The notes below the pieces were generated by a model. It searched no databases and was not told the origin of the DNA. It was given only the letters and a program-made list of their open reading frames with translations. Positions 1 to 11,462 of a stretch of 32,000 bases of DNA are shown one piece after another. Position numbers and translations under genes: made by a program. Within the stretch, counting starts at the first letter, position 1; every line of letters begins with the position of its first letter. This DNA comes from Cupriavidus necator. Lineage in GTDB: Bacteria > Pseudomonadota > Gammaproteobacteria > Burkholderiales > Burkholderiaceae. The stretch lies in NCBI RefSeq assembly GCF_016127575.1, contig NZ_CP066018.1:2790001-2822000 (forward strand). The letters run 5' to 3'.

Positions 1-2
1 TG

Positions 3-437
3 GTGATTGCCGGGCACAAGGCCGCGGTCGAGAAGGCCTGCGAAATCGCCAAGGGCAAGGGCGCCAAGCGCGCGCTGCCGCTGCCGGTGTCGGCGCCGTT
101 CCACTCGTCGCTGCTCAAGCCCGCTTCGGACCGCCTGCGCGAGCGCATGGCCGGCCTGGCTTTCTCGGCGCCGTCGATCCCGCTGGTGAACAACGTCGAC
201 GTCGCCATCGTCAATGATCCGGATGCGATCAAGGACGCCCTGGTGCGCCAGGCCGCCGCGCCGGTGCGCTGGGTCGAGTGCGTGCAGAAGATGGCCGCCG
301 AAGGCGTCACGCACGTGATCGAATGCGGCCCCGGCAAGGTGCTGGCCGGCATGACCAAGCGCATCGACGGCAACCTGACCGGCGGTGCGATCTTCGATCC
401 GGCCTCGCTGCAAGACACGCTGGCACTGCTGAAGTAA
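3..437 (+). CDS. fabD: Malonyl CoA-ACP transacylase, C-terminal part (5' end lies outside the window)
   Basis: The ORF runs off the 5' edge. The translation (GAKRALPLPVSAPFHSSLLKPA ... NNVDV ... VRWVECV ... IECGPGKVLAGMTKRI) matches the C-terminal half of FabD. It is followed by fabG-acpP-fabF in the canonical fab cluster order. Confidence 0.9.
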   Translation: MIAGHKAAVEKACEIAKGKGAKRALPLPVSAPFHSSLLKPASDRLRERMAGLAFSAPSIPLVNNVDVAIVNDPDAIKDALVRQAAAPVRWVECVQKMAAEGVTHVIECGPGKVLAGMTKRIDGNLTGGAIFDPASLQDTLALLK

Positions 438-453
438 GCAAGAGGACATCCGC

Positions 454-1203
454 ATGACCAAACTTCTCGACAACCAGGTTGCGCTGGTCACCGGCGCCTC
501 GCGCGGCATCGGCCGCGCCATCGCGCTGGAACTGGCCCGCCAGGGCGCCACCGTGATCGGCACCGCCACCAGCGAAGCCGGCGCGGCCGGCATCACCGAT
601 TACCTCGGCGCCGACGGCCTGAAGGGCAAGGGCGCCGTGCTCAACGTCAATGACGCGGCCGCTTGCGACGCGCTCATCGACGAGATTGTCAAGACCCACG
701 GCGGCATCGGCGTGCTGGTCAACAATGCCGGCATCACGCAGGACCAGTTGGCGATGCGCATGAAGGACGAGGACTGGCTGGCCGTGATCCAGACCAACCT
801 GACTTCGGTGTTCCGTCTGTCGCGCGCGGTGCTGCGCCCGATGATGAAGGCCCGCCAGGGCCGCATCATCAATATCACTTCGGTGGTGGGCTCGGTCGGC
901 AACCCCGGCCAGATGAACTACTCTGCTGCCAAGGCGGGCGTGGCGGGCATGACCCGCTCGCTGGCCGCGGAAATCGGCAGCCGCAACGTGACCGTGAACT
1001 GTGTCGCGCCGGGCTTTATCGACACCGACATGACCAAGGCGCTGTCCGAAGAGCAGCATGCTTCGCTCAAGACGCAGATTCCGCTGGGTCGCCTTGGCCA
1101 GCCGGAGGATATCGCCAACGCAGTGGCCTTCCTGGCTGGCCCGCATGCCGCTTACATTACCGGCACTACGCTGCATGTGAACGGCGGGATGTACATGAAT
1201 TAA
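454..1203 (+). CDS. fabG: 3-oxoacyl-ACP reductase (short-chain dehydrogenase)
   Basis: 249 aa. Has the TGASRGIG Rossmann motif, NNAG, and the catalytic YSAAK. Lies between fabD and acpP. Confidence 0.95.
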   Translation: MTKLLDNQVALVTGASRGIGRAIALELARQGATVIGTATSEAGAAGITDYLGADGLKGKGAVLNVNDAAACDALIDEIVKTHGGIGVLVNNAGITQDQLAMRMKDEDWLAVIQTNLTSVFRLSRAVLRPMMKARQGRIINITSVVGSVGNPGQMNYSAAKAGVAGMTRSLAAEIGSRNVTVNCVAPGFIDTDMTKALSEEQHASLKTQIPLGRLGQPEDIANAVAFLAGPHAAYITGTTLHVNGGMYMN

Positions 1204-1373
1204 TGGGGTTTTGGCTGGCTGGTTTCGGGGGAGAAGCCCGAAGAAGCCGCCTGAAGTAGTAGTTTTCCGAACCAAACGGGCGCGATTCTTGCAAAGCTTG
1301 GCAGGCGGCATTTCTGTCGCCTCAAACCTGCTAAAATGCGCCCACTTTTTGTCGAACTTCCCTGGAGGGTTAC

Positions 1374-1613
1374 ATGGACAATATCGAACAACGCGTCAAG
1401 AAAATCGTGGCAGAACAGCTTGGCGTGGCCGAGGCAGATATCAAGAACGAATCGTCGTTCGTGAACGATCTCGGTGCGGACTCGCTGGACACGGTTGAAC
1501 TCGTGATGGCGTTGGAAGATGAATTCGGCATGGAAATTCCTGATGAGGAAGCCGAAAAGATCACGACCGTGCAACAGGCTATCGACTACGCCACCGCGCA
1601 CGTCAAGGCCTAA
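1374..1613 (+). CDS. acpP: Acyl carrier protein
   Basis: 79 aa with the phosphopantetheine attachment motif [24 protein letters not shown] sits just upstream of the ATG. Confidence 0.97.
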
Positions 1614-1634
1614 GCCCGTCGTCTCTGCATTCCG

Positions 1635-1704
1635 AGCCACAGAAGGCAGGTGGGCGGGCCGTTGCGGCCGCGCCTTGCTGTTTTCTGTGGCTTTCGTCTG
1701 TTTG
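1635..1704 (+). terminator. Long imperfect stem-loop plus T-rich tract after acpP (partial terminator/attenuator before fabF)
   Basis: AGCCACAGAA (1635-1644) pairs perfectly with TTCTGTGGCT (1683-1692) around a GC-rich inner hairpin. It is followed by TTCGTCTGTTTG. It sits in the 190-bp acpP-fabF spacer. Confidence 0.4.
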
Positions 1705-1803
1705 AAGAAGCAGAATGGAATGTGCTTCGCCGCGCGGCCCGCAAGGCCGGCGGCGGGCTGATCTCCGTTCCGTTCCCGTTTCACGCACCCGTAGGAAAAC
1801 ATA

Positions 1804-3036
1804 GTGAGCCGTCGTCGCGTCGTCGTCACTGGGCTTGGCCTTGTGTCTCCGGTCGGAAACACGGTTGCCGAAGGCTGGGCCAACCTGGTTGCCGGCAAGT
1901 CCGGCATCGCCACCATCACCAAATTCGATCACTCCGCGCTTTCCGTGCACTTTGCCGGTGAAGTGAAGGGTTTCAATGCCGAGGACTACATCCCGGCCAA
2001 GGAAGCCCGCGCGATGGATACCTTCATCCATTTCGGCATTGCGGCCGGCACGCAGGCGCTGAAGGACAGCGGCCTGGAAGTGACCGAAGCCAATGCCGAG
2101 CGCATCGGCGTGCTGGTCGGCTCGGGCATCGGCGGCCTGCCGTTGATCGAAGAGACCCACGCCGTGCTGACCGAGCGCGGTCCGCGCCGGATTTCGCCGT
2201 TCTTCGTGCCTGGCTCGATCATCAACATGATCGCCGGCCACCTGTCGATCATCCACGGTATCAAGGGCCCGAACCTGGCTGCCGTGACGGCTTGCACGAC
2301 CGGCCTGCACAGCATTGGCCTGGCCGCCCGCCTGATCCAGGCCGGCGATGCCGACGCCATGCTGGCGGGCGGTGCCGAGTCGACCGTGTCGCCGCTGGGC
2401 ATCGGCGGTTTCGCCGCTGCGCGTGCGCTGTCGACGCGCAATGACGATCCGGCCGCCGCTTCGCGTCCGTGGGACAAGGACCGCGACGGCTTCGTGCTGG
2501 GCGAAGGCGCCGGGGTGATGATGCTGGAGGAGTACGAGTCGGCCAAGGCGCGCGGCGCGCGCATCTATGCCGAGCTGATCGGCTTTGGCATGAGCGGCGA
2601 CGCCTACCACATGACCGCGCCGAACATGGACGGCCCGCGCCGTTGCATGGTCAATGCGCTCAAGGACGCCGGCATCAATACGGACCAGGTGCATTACCTG
2701 AACGCCCATGGTACGTCTACACCGCTGGGCGACAAGAACGAATCCGATGCGATCAAGGCCGCATTCGGGGACCAGGCCTACAAGATGGTGGTGAACTCGA
2801 CCAAGTCGATGACCGGCCATCTGCTGGGCGGTGCCGGCGGCCTGGAATCGGTCTTCACCGTGCTGGCGCTGCACAACCAGGTGTCGCCGCCGACGATCAA
2901 CCTCGACAACCAGGATCCCGAGTGCGACCTGGACTACGTGGCCAACACGGCGCGCGAGATGAAGATCGAGGTCGCGGTGAAGAACAACTTCGGTTTCGGC
3001 GGCACCAACGGCACGCTTGTTTTCCGCCGCGCCTGA
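1804..3036 (+). CDS. fabF: 3-oxoacyl-ACP synthase II (KAS II)
   Basis: 410 aa with a GTG start. Has the active-site Cys context AAVTACTTG, the His motifs YHMTAP and [11 protein letters not shown], and C-terminal [14 protein letters not shown]. Confidence 0.97.
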   Translation: MSRRRVVVTGLGLVSPVGNTVAEGWANLVAGKSGIATITKFDHSALSVHFAGEVKGFNAEDYIPAKEARAMDTFIHFGIAAGTQALKDSGLEVTEANAERIGVLVGSGIGGLPLIEETHAVLTERGPRRISPFFVPGSIINMIAGHLSIIHGIKGPNLAAVTACTTGLHSIGLAARLIQAGDADAMLAGGAESTVSPLGIGGFAAARALSTRNDDPAAASRPWDKDRDGFVLGEGAGVMMLEEYESAKARGARIYAELIGFGMSGDAYHMTAPNMDGPRRCMVNALKDAGINTDQVHYLNAHGTSTPLGDKNESDAIKAAFGDQAYKMVVNSTKSMTGHLLGGAGGLESVFTVLALHNQVSPPTINLDNQDPECDLDYVANTAREMKIEVAVKNNFGFGGTNGTLVFRRA

Positions 3037-3562
3037 TCCGAGGTTGAGGCGGGCCCTTCGCGGGCTGCGCCAGGGCAGGGTCCACCCGTTGTGGTGGACC
3101 CTGTTCGTGTTTTGTGCCGGCGAAATGCTGGCGCTCGCGCTGCTGGCGCGGACGCTGGCCGCTGTAATAGCCGGCAGTCAGGCTGGTTTCCATTGGGGGC
3201 ATGCCGCCATGGCGCTGGCACTCGTGCTTGCCGCAGCGGCAACGGTGCGTGCCTGGCCGGCGTGGTGGTGCAGCCTGCGCTGGCGCTGCACGGCAGTGCT
3301 GCATGCGCCCGACGGCAACGGCCCATTGCGGATCCGCCTGCAAGGGCCGGGTGATGCCCGGCACGAGGCTGTGGTCAGGCAATGCTGGCAGGCCGGCGGC
3401 GCCGCTGTCGTGCGCCTGGCGCCCGGAGCGCCCGGGATGCCCGGCGCCATCTTTCTTCCCTGGCAGGCAGGTTCGCCCGAGATGGCGCGGCGGTTGCAAC
3501 GCGCCGCCAGAGTTGCACTGCGGGTGCAACCTGAGATGCCGGCAGGGGAACGATTTTGTTAG
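3017..3562 (+). CDS. Hypothetical small membrane protein (two predicted TM helices plus a soluble C-terminal part); start uncertain
   Basis: 181-codon ORF filling the fabF-rpoE gap, with moderately high GC3. There are two hydrophobic stretches: [27 protein letters not shown] and [16 protein letters not shown]. No catalytic motif was recognised. It competes with several overlapping ORFs in other frames. The 5' end overlaps fabF by 20 nt. Confidence 0.35.
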   Translation: MFSAAPDPRLRRALRGLRQGRVHPLWWTLFVFCAGEMLALALLARTLAAVIAGSQAGFHWGHAAMALALVLAAAATVRAWPAWWCSLRWRCTAVLHAPDGNGPLRIRLQGPGDARHEAVVRQCWQAGGAAVVRLAPGAPGMPGAIFLPWQAGSPEMARRLQRAARVALRVQPEMPAGERFC

Positions 3563-3574
3563 CTTGCGGTCACA
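3547..3574 (+). promoter_or_regulatory. Candidate sigma-E/AlgU-type (autoregulated) promoter upstream of rpoE
   Basis: GGAACGA - 16 nt - TCACA, about 100 nt upstream of the rpoE GTG. This resembles the GGAACTT-N16-TC(a/t)AA class recalled for RpoE/AlgU promoters. Confidence 0.3.
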
Positions 3575-3673
3575 GGATGCGCGTTGCTTCACCGGGCGGG
3601 CTTAGAATCGTAGGTAAAATACAACGTTTGTCGTGACGACCAAACCAAGAGATACACTGCAGGTGAGCCATAC

Positions 3674-4273
3674 GTGAGCGAACGCGAAGCCGATCAGCTC
3701 CTAGTTGAACGCGTCCAGCAGGGCGACAAGCGGGCCTTTGAACTTCTGGTGACCAAATACCATCGGAAGATCATTCGCCTGATTTCGCGCCTGGTCAGGG
3801 ACCCCGCTGAGGTGGAGGATGTGGCGCAGGATGCCTTTATCAAGGCATACCGCGCATTGCCCCAGTTCCGCGGGGAGTCGGCCTTTTATACGTGGCTGTA
3901 CCGGATCGCCGTCAACACGGCCAAGAACTACCTTGCCACCCAGGGCCGCCGCCCGGAAGCGTCCAGCGATATCGATGCAGAGGAGGCTGAAACTTTTGCG
4001 GACGGTGAGCAACTAAGGGATATCAATACGCCGGAATCGATGCTCCACACACGCCAGGTCGCCGAGACGGTGAACCGCGCAATGGAGGCGCTTCCGGAAG
4101 AATTGCGGACCGCCATCACGCTGCGCGAGATCGAGGGCCTCAGCTATGAGGAGATCGCCGAAGCGATGGGATGTCCGATCGGCACGGTGCGTTCGCGGAT
4201 CTTCCGGGCGCGCGAGGCGATTGCCGAGAAATTGCGTCCGCTGCTGGGAACGGCAGAGGGCAAACGGTGGTAG
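3674..4273 (+). CDS. rpoE: ECF RNA polymerase sigma factor sigma-E (sigma-24)
   Basis: 199 aa with a GTG start. Region 2 reads DVAQDAFIKAYRAL...FYTWLYRIAVNTAKN. The region 4 HTH reads LSYEEIAEAMGCPIGTVRSRIFRAREA. Anti-sigma genes follow immediately. Confidence 0.95.
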   Translation: MSEREADQLLVERVQQGDKRAFELLVTKYHRKIIRLISRLVRDPAEVEDVAQDAFIKAYRALPQFRGESAFYTWLYRIAVNTAKNYLATQGRRPEASSDIDAEEAETFADGEQLRDINTPESMLHTRQVAETVNRAMEALPEELRTAITLREIEGLSYEEIAEAMGCPIGTVRSRIFRAREAIAEKLRPLLGTAEGKRW

Positions 4274-4388
4274 TAGTCGGGTAGTCAAGAAGAATGTCGT
4301 GCGGCCAGCGTTGCAGCGTATTCCTGCATCGATAAGCGACAGAAGTGACGGGATTATCGGTGTTCAATGGAATGTCTTGGGGTGGGAA

Positions 4389-5015
4389 ATGGGTCAGGCT
4401 CATAAGCAGTCGGTTCATGTAGTGGAAGCAGCGGAGCAGATCTCCGTATTGATGGATGGCGAACTGGCGCCGCACGAAGTCGATGCCGTGCTGGGCCTCG
4501 CGAAAAGCGATGCCGGCATGTCCGACTGGGCCACTTACCAGTTGATCGGCGACACGCTGCGTTCGGAAGACCTGACGCACGCGGGTTCCACCTCTGCTTT
4601 CCTCTCTCGTTTCTCCGCGCGCCTGGAAGCCGAGCCGCATGTACTGGTGCCGGCAGTGGCGCAGGCCAGCGCCCGCCACCGCCTGCTGGTCAGGCCGTCG
4701 TGGGTGCGCCGCGTGATGCCGGGCACCGCGATCGCCGCCGCCGTGGCAGCGGTCAGCTGGGTGGTCGTGCCGCAGATGCGCGGCCCCGCCACGCTGGCCA
4801 CGCCCGATGCCGTGGTGGCACGCGCCGACCAGCCGGCCAGCCCGGCCTCTGGCATCGTCACCGTGGCGGCGGAAACTCCCCAGATGATCCGCGACCCGCG
4901 CCTGGACGAATACCTGCGTGCCCATCGCACGTCGGTGGCAACGGATGCGTTCGTGCCCACCATGCGCACGGTTGCCAACGGTGCAAACTTCACTCAGGAA
5001 AATACGCAGGAATAA
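4389..5015 (+). CDS. rseA: Anti-sigma-E factor, RseA/MucA family
   Basis: The N-terminal RseA_N signature is ISVLMDGELAPHEVD...WATYQLIGDTLR. A single TM helix (VMPGTAIAAAVAAVSWVVV) is followed by a periplasmic tail. I chose the start at the ATG at 4389 inside the longer track ORF 4146..5015. Downstream alternative starts are possible. Confidence 0.8.
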   Translation: MGQAHKQSVHVVEAAEQISVLMDGELAPHEVDAVLGLAKSDAGMSDWATYQLIGDTLRSEDLTHAGSTSAFLSRFSARLEAEPHVLVPAVAQASARHRLLVRPSWVRRVMPGTAIAAAVAAVSWVVVPQMRGPATLATPDAVVARADQPASPASGIVTVAAETPQMIRDPRLDEYLRAHRTSVATDAFVPTMRTVANGANFTQENTQE

Positions 5016-6103
5016 TGCCGGACATGCATAAAGGAGGGTCGCCCGCCTATGTAGCGGGCGCGCAGAAAATCAGGGCCCTGCGTAGGTCCTTTTTTCTGGC
5101 CTTGTGTCTGAGCGCTGCCGCGGCCACCGCACAGCCTTCAGACAGTACGCTGAACCGACGCGACGCCACCGCCTGGCTCAACAAGATCCACAAAGCCGCA
5201 CAGCGCGAGAACTATGTCGGCACGCTGATCTACCAGCGCGGCAGCGTCATGCACGCCTCGCGTATCCAGCATTACAGCGATCTCGTCCACAACGAGTACG
5301 AACGCCTGGAAACGCTCGACGGCAAGCCGCGCGAGGTGCTGCGTCAGAATGACGTGGTGCACAGCCTGATCCCGGAAGCCAAGCTGGTGGTGGTGGAGAA
5401 GCAGGAAGCCAAGGATCGCTTCCCGGCGCTGCTCGCCACCAACAAGAACGACGTGCTGGACCTGTACGACATGCGCAAGATGCCCGCCGAGCGGGTGGCA
5501 GGCATGGAGTGCGAGGTCTTCGCGCTGGAGCCGCACGATGCCGCGCGCTATGCGGTGCGCCTGTGGGCGGAGAAAAACTCCGGCCTGCTGATGCGCGCGC
5601 AGACCATCGGCGATGGTGGCAAGGTGCTGGAGCAGGTCGCGTTCTCGCAGGTGCAGATCGGGGTGCCGTCCGAAAAGCAGCATATCCTCGGTGCGATCAA
5701 GAATTCCAGCAGCTGGAATCGCTATGAGGTGACCTACCAGCCGACCAATATCGCCGACGAGGGCTGGTCGATTGCGGTGCCGCTCAAGGGCTTCCAGAAG
5801 ATCCGCGAAGTGCGCCGTCCGCTCGGCGAGCTGCGCGCACCCGCGCCGGGCAACGCGCGCGGCCAGGTCTTCGAAGTGCTGCAGGTCGTTTACAGCGACG
5901 GGCTGACCGGCCTGTCGGTCTTCATTGAACCGGTTTCCGAGCAACGCGTGCGCCGCGAGGGCGTGGCAGCGCTCGGCGCGACCCAGGTCGTGGTGCGCCG
6001 GATTGCCGATTTCTGGATTACCGTGGTGGGCGAGGTGCCGGCGAGCACCGTGCGGCAGTTTGCGACGGCCGTGGAGTACCGCCCGCCCAAGGCGGTACAC
6101 TGA
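5015..6103 (+). CDS. rseB: Sigma-E regulatory protein RseB/MucB (periplasmic)
   Basis: The ATG overlaps the rseA stop (TAATG). Signal peptide: RRSFFLALCLSAAAATAQP. The MucB_RseB-like N-terminus reads ATAWLNKIHKAAQRENYVGTLIYQRGS. The ATG at 5024 is an alternative start. Confidence 0.85.
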   Translation: MPDMHKGGSPAYVAGAQKIRALRRSFFLALCLSAAAATAQPSDSTLNRRDATAWLNKIHKAAQRENYVGTLIYQRGSVMHASRIQHYSDLVHNEYERLETLDGKPREVLRQNDVVHSLIPEAKLVVVEKQEAKDRFPALLATNKNDVLDLYDMRKMPAERVAGMECEVFALEPHDAARYAVRLWAEKNSGLLMRAQTIGDGGKVLEQVAFSQVQIGVPSEKQHILGAIKNSSSWNRYEVTYQPTNIADEGWSIAVPLKGFQKIREVRRPLGELRAPAPGNARGQVFEVLQVVYSDGLTGLSVFIEPVSEQRVRREGVAALGATQVVVRRIADFWITVVGEVPASTVRQFATAVEYRPPKAVH

Positions 6104-6236
6104 GCTTGACGCAGGTGCAGCCGACGCCGCCGGACTCTGTCCCGGCGCCGGCTTCATGAAACCTGCGCAGGGGTCCCCGCCACGGGATCACATCCAGACG
6201 GTTTTTCTTCTATTCGCTGAATCCCGGGAGTTGTCG

Positions 6237-7721
6237 ATGATGTTCAGATCTCCAGCCCTGGCGCGGGCCGTGGTCATGGCTGCCATGATGCTGCTCGGCC
6301 CGACTGTTGCCGAAGTCAGCCATGCCCAGGCTGCCGCCTCCAACTACAACCTGCCCGATTTCACCGACCTGGTGGAAAAGGCCAGCCCGGCCGTGGTCAA
6401 TATCCGCACCACGGAACTCGTGCGCCAGCGCGGTGCACCCGGCGGCGATGACGAGATGGCGGAATTCTTCCGGCGCTTCTTCGGCGTGCCGATGCCCGGT
6501 GCCCCGGCGCCCGGCGCCCCCCGCCGCGGCCAGCCGCCGCAGCAGGAAGAGCAGAGCCGCGGCGTGGGTTCGGGCTTCATCATCAGCCAGGACGGCTACG
6601 TGATGACCAACGCGCACGTGGTGGCCGACGCCGAAACCATTTATGTGACGCTGCCCGACAAGCGCGAATTCAAGGCCAAGCTGATCGGCTCGGACAAGCG
6701 CACCGACGTGGCGCTGCTCAAGGTCGAGGCCAGCGGCCTGCCGCGCCTGCCGCTGGGCGATTCCAACAAGGTCCGCGCCGGCGAATGGGTGCTGGCGATC
6801 GGCTCGCCGTTCGGGCTGGACAACAGCGTGACCGCCGGCATTGTCTCGGCCAAGGGCCGCGACACGGGCGACTACCTGCCGTTCATCCAGACCGACGTGG
6901 CGGTCAACCCCGGCAATTCCGGCGGCCCGCTGATCAACCTGCGCGGCGAGGTGATCGGCATCAACTCGCAGATCTACAGCCGCAGCGGCGGCTACATGGG
7001 CATCTCGTTCGCAATCCCGATCGACGAGGCGATGCGCGTGTCCGAGCAGCTCAAGAGCTCCGGGCGCGTGACGCGCGGGCGCATCGCCGTGGCGATCGGC
7101 GACGTCACCAAGGAGGTGGCCGATTCGCTGGGCCTGGGCCGTGCGCGCGGCGCGCTGGTCGGCAGCGTCGAGCCGGGCGGTCCTGCCGAGAAGGCGGGCA
7201 TCGAAGCCGGCGACATCATCCTCAAGTTCAACGGCCGCGATATCGAGCGGGCCTCGGACCTGCCGCGCATGGTGGGCGAGACCAAGCCGGGCACGCGCGT
7301 GCCGCTGCAGCTGTGGCGCAAGGGCGCGGTCCGCGAGGTCACCATCACCGTCACCGAGCTGGAGCCGGACGGCAAGGCCAAGGCTCGCAGCGGCGCAACG
7401 CCCAAGGACGACAGCGCGGCACAGGCCGGCAAGCCCAATGCGCTTGGCCTGGTGGTCAACGACCTGCCCGAGGCACGCCTGAAGGAGCTCAAGCTCAAGT
7501 CGGGCGTCGAGGTGGAAGTGGCCGACGGCCCGGCGCTGCGTGCCGGCATCCGTCCGGGCGACATCATCCTGCGCCTGGGCGATACGGATGTGACCAACGC
7601 CCGCCAGTTCAACGAGCTGGTGCGCAGCCTGGACAAGAACCGGATTGCCGCGGTGTTCGTGCGGCGCGGCGATGCCACCCAGGTGCTGACGCTGCGTCCG
7701 GGCGCCACGTCCAGCCGCTGA
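6237..7721 (+). CDS. degP: Periplasmic serine endoprotease, DegP/DegQ/MucD (HtrA) family, two PDZ domains
   Basis: Has a signal peptide. The catalytic triad contexts are TNAHVV, DVALLKV and GNSGGPLIN. Two PDZ-like segments are present (GALVGSVEPGGPAEKAGIEAGDIILKFNG and GVEVEVADGPALRAGIRPGDIILRLG). The start is placed at the ATG at 6237 inside the longer track ORF. Confidence 0.93.
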   Translation: MMFRSPALARAVVMAAMMLLGPTVAEVSHAQAAASNYNLPDFTDLVEKASPAVVNIRTTELVRQRGAPGGDDEMAEFFRRFFGVPMPGAPAPGAPRRGQPPQQEEQSRGVGSGFIISQDGYVMTNAHVVADAETIYVTLPDKREFKAKLIGSDKRTDVALLKVEASGLPRLPLGDSNKVRAGEWVLAIGSPFGLDNSVTAGIVSAKGRDTGDYLPFIQTDVAVNPGNSGGPLINLRGEVIGINSQIYSRSGGYMGISFAIPIDEAMRVSEQLKSSGRVTRGRIAVAIGDVTKEVADSLGLGRARGALVGSVEPGGPAEKAGIEAGDIILKFNGRDIERASDLPRMVGETKPGTRVPLQLWRKGAVREVTITVTELEPDGKAKARSGATPKDDSAAQAGKPNALGLVVNDLPEARLKELKLKSGVEVEVADGPALRAGIRPGDIILRLGDTDVTNARQFNELVRSLDKNRIAAVFVRRGDATQVLTLRPGATSSR

Positions 7722-7727
7722 TCCGCA

Positions 7728-8021
7728 ATGGCCGGTATGCCTGCGCTGACACTGTACGGTCGGGCATACTGCCACCTTTGCGAAGACATGAAGGTCGCGC
7801 TGGAGCCGCTCCGGCGCGATTTTTCTTTCGCCCTGCACGAGGTGGATGTCGATGCCGATGCGGGGCTGGAAGACCGCTTTGGCGAACTGGTGCCGGTGCT
7901 GATGCCGGGCACCCCAGCAGACTTGCAGGGCGGCGCCGTGGAGCTTTGCCACTATTTCCTCGACGAAGCTGCCGTAAGGGTGTGGCTTGCCGCACATGGC
8001 AGCGCGCGCACAACCCGCTGA
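7728..8021 (+). CDS. Glutaredoxin-like small thioredoxin-fold protein (DUF836-like)
   Basis: 97 aa. The N-terminus LTLYGRAYCHLCEDM carries a CxxC motif and is followed by ELVPVL, typical of the small glutaredoxin-2-like family. The ATG lies only 6 nt after the degP stop. Confidence 0.7.
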   Translation: MAGMPALTLYGRAYCHLCEDMKVALEPLRRDFSFALHEVDVDADAGLEDRFGELVPVLMPGTPADLQGGAVELCHYFLDEAAVRVWLAAHGSARTTR

Positions 8022-8229
8022 TCCCCGTCGGTAACCGCCGCCAACCGCGCCACGCCGCCATTTGACGACCCGGAAGTCATTGAAAATCCGGTAAAATTGC
8101 GGATTGGCGCAAAAATTGCACCCCCCGAACCTGCGGTACGCCCGCGCCCGCCTTGCGGCGCGCGGCGCCGGGCCGCTCAACCGCTTGTTGCCGCGCGGGC
8201 TCTCACGCCGGCGCCCCCCTGAACACTAG

Positions 8230-10023
<1,794 letters not shown>

Positions 10024-10118
10024 GAAGGCGCCGCGAGCAGGGCAGTGCCACGCGCGGCGGCTTGCCGCCGTGGTGAAAGAACAGGCTGTACCAGGATTTC
10101 AAAAAACCAGAAGCCGTC

Positions 10119-11018
10119 ATGAATTTTGCACTGATCCTTTTTGTGCTGGTGGTGATTACGGGCGTCGCGTGGGTTGCGGACAAGCTCGTGTTCGAGCGAC
10201 AGCGCCGCTCTTCGGCGCGGCTGGCGCTGGCCGAATTCGATTCGCGCCAGGCCGACCTGCAGGGCCGCTTCGGCGCGGCGGAAGCTGACGCCACGCGCAA
10301 GCGCCTGGCCGAGGAAAAGCTGCGCCAGCCGTGGTGGCTGGAATATTCGGCCAGTTTCTTTCCGGTGATCCTGGCGGTGTTCGTGCTGCGCTCGTTCGTG
10401 GTCGAGCCGTTCAAGATCCCGTCCGGCTCGATGATCCCGACGCTGCTGATCGGCGACTTCATCCTGGTCAACAAGTACGAGTACGGCATCCGCCTGCCGG
10501 TGGTGAACAAGAAGGTCATGGACATGGGCGAGCCGCAGCGCGGCGACGTCATGGTGTTCCGCTACCCGAAAGACCCGTCGCTCGACTACATCAAGCGCGT
10601 GATCGGCGTGCCAGGCGACGTGGTGCAGTATGCCAACAAGCGCCTGACCATCAACGGCAAGCCGGCCGAGTACGCCGCGCTGCCGGATTTCCTGGACGAG
10701 GAGCGCCTGGCATATTCCAGGCATTTCCGCGAAAAGCTGCCAGGCAGCGTCGATCATGGCATCCTGAACGACGCCGACCGCCCGGCGTTTATCGCGGGGG
10801 CGGACCCGGATTTCCCGTACCGGGAAAACTGCACTTACAATCAGCAGGGCGTGACCTGCAAGGTACCTGCAGGTCACTATTTCGTCATGGGTGACAACCG
10901 GGACAACAGCCTGGATTCCCGTTTCTGGGGGTTCGTGCCGGATGAGAATATCGTCGGCAAGGCCTTTGTGATCTGGATGAACCTCGGCAATTTCGGACGC
11001 GTGGGAACGTTCAAATAA
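10119..11018 (+). CDS. lepB: Signal peptidase I
   Basis: 299 aa with N-terminal TM segments. Catalytic Ser box IPSGSMIPTL and Lys box YIKRVIGVPGD. Also has GDNRDNSLDSRFWG. Confidence 0.95.
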   Translation: MNFALILFVLVVITGVAWVADKLVFERQRRSSARLALAEFDSRQADLQGRFGAAEADATRKRLAEEKLRQPWWLEYSASFFPVILAVFVLRSFVVEPFKIPSGSMIPTLLIGDFILVNKYEYGIRLPVVNKKVMDMGEPQRGDVMVFRYPKDPSLDYIKRVIGVPGDVVQYANKRLTINGKPAEYAALPDFLDEERLAYSRHFREKLPGSVDHGILNDADRPAFIAGADPDFPYRENCTYNQQGVTCKVPAGHYFVMGDNRDNSLDSRFWGFVPDENIVGKAFVIWMNLGNFGRVGTFK

Positions 11019-11068
11019 GAATCCCCGCGGCGCAAGAACACTCAACGCAAAACGAGGACGAGCGCATC

Positions 11069-11461
11069 ATGGGTCAACTTGGGAAGGTGGTGGGCAGGAT
11101 TCCGGTACGACGCCGGGCAGGCATGGGCGGGTTTTCCGTCTGGACGCTGCTGGTGATCGTGGTGTTCGTGATCGGGGTGGCCTTGCCGGCCCTGCGCGCG
11201 ATCCCGAGCCTGGTGGAGTATTTTTCGGTCAAGCGCGCCGCCAGCTATGCCAAGCAGCGCGCCGCCAACAAGCGCGAAGTGGCCGATTTTTTTGAAAAGC
11301 AGGCAGCCATCGACCGGATTACCGCAGTCAAGGCCGAGGACCTCCTGATCCGGGAAGACGAGAACGGCACCATCCAGTCGGTCGATTTCTCGTACCGGAC
11401 CGAGGTGCCCGTCTACGGACCCCTGAGCCTACTGATTACCTATTCAGGAACGCAGCACTGA
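11069..11461 (+). CDS. Small membrane-anchored protein (DUF4845-like) conserved between lepB and rnc
   Basis: 130 aa with one N-terminal TM helix ([18 protein letters not shown]). It sits in the lepB-rnc position seen in Burkholderiales. Its stop lies 2 nt before the rnc ATG. The start could instead be the internal M of MGGFSVW. Confidence 0.6.
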   Translation: MGQLGKVVGRIPVRRRAGMGGFSVWTLLVIVVFVIGVALPALRAIPSLVEYFSVKRAASYAKQRAANKREVADFFEKQAAIDRITAVKAEDLLIREDENGTIQSVDFSYRTEVPVYGPLSLLITYSGTQH

Positions 11462-11462
11462 T

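Noticed and set aside
307-1311. 334-aa ORF on the minus strand, antisense to fabG. The same phenomenon appears at 1603..2874, antisense to fabF.
   Set aside because: Stop codons are rare on the antisense strand of roughly two-thirds-GC coding DNA. The translations are Arg/Ala/Gly/His-rich with no motif, while the sense-strand genes carry unmistakable FabG and FabF signatures.
6210-8180. 656-aa minus-strand ORF spanning degP and the glutaredoxin-like gene. Also 6785..8065 (+) and 6992..7912 (-).
   Set aside because: These are antisense or off-frame shadows of degP. They are low-complexity Arg/Ala/Gly sequence, whereas degP in its own frame has the catalytic triad and PDZ motifs.
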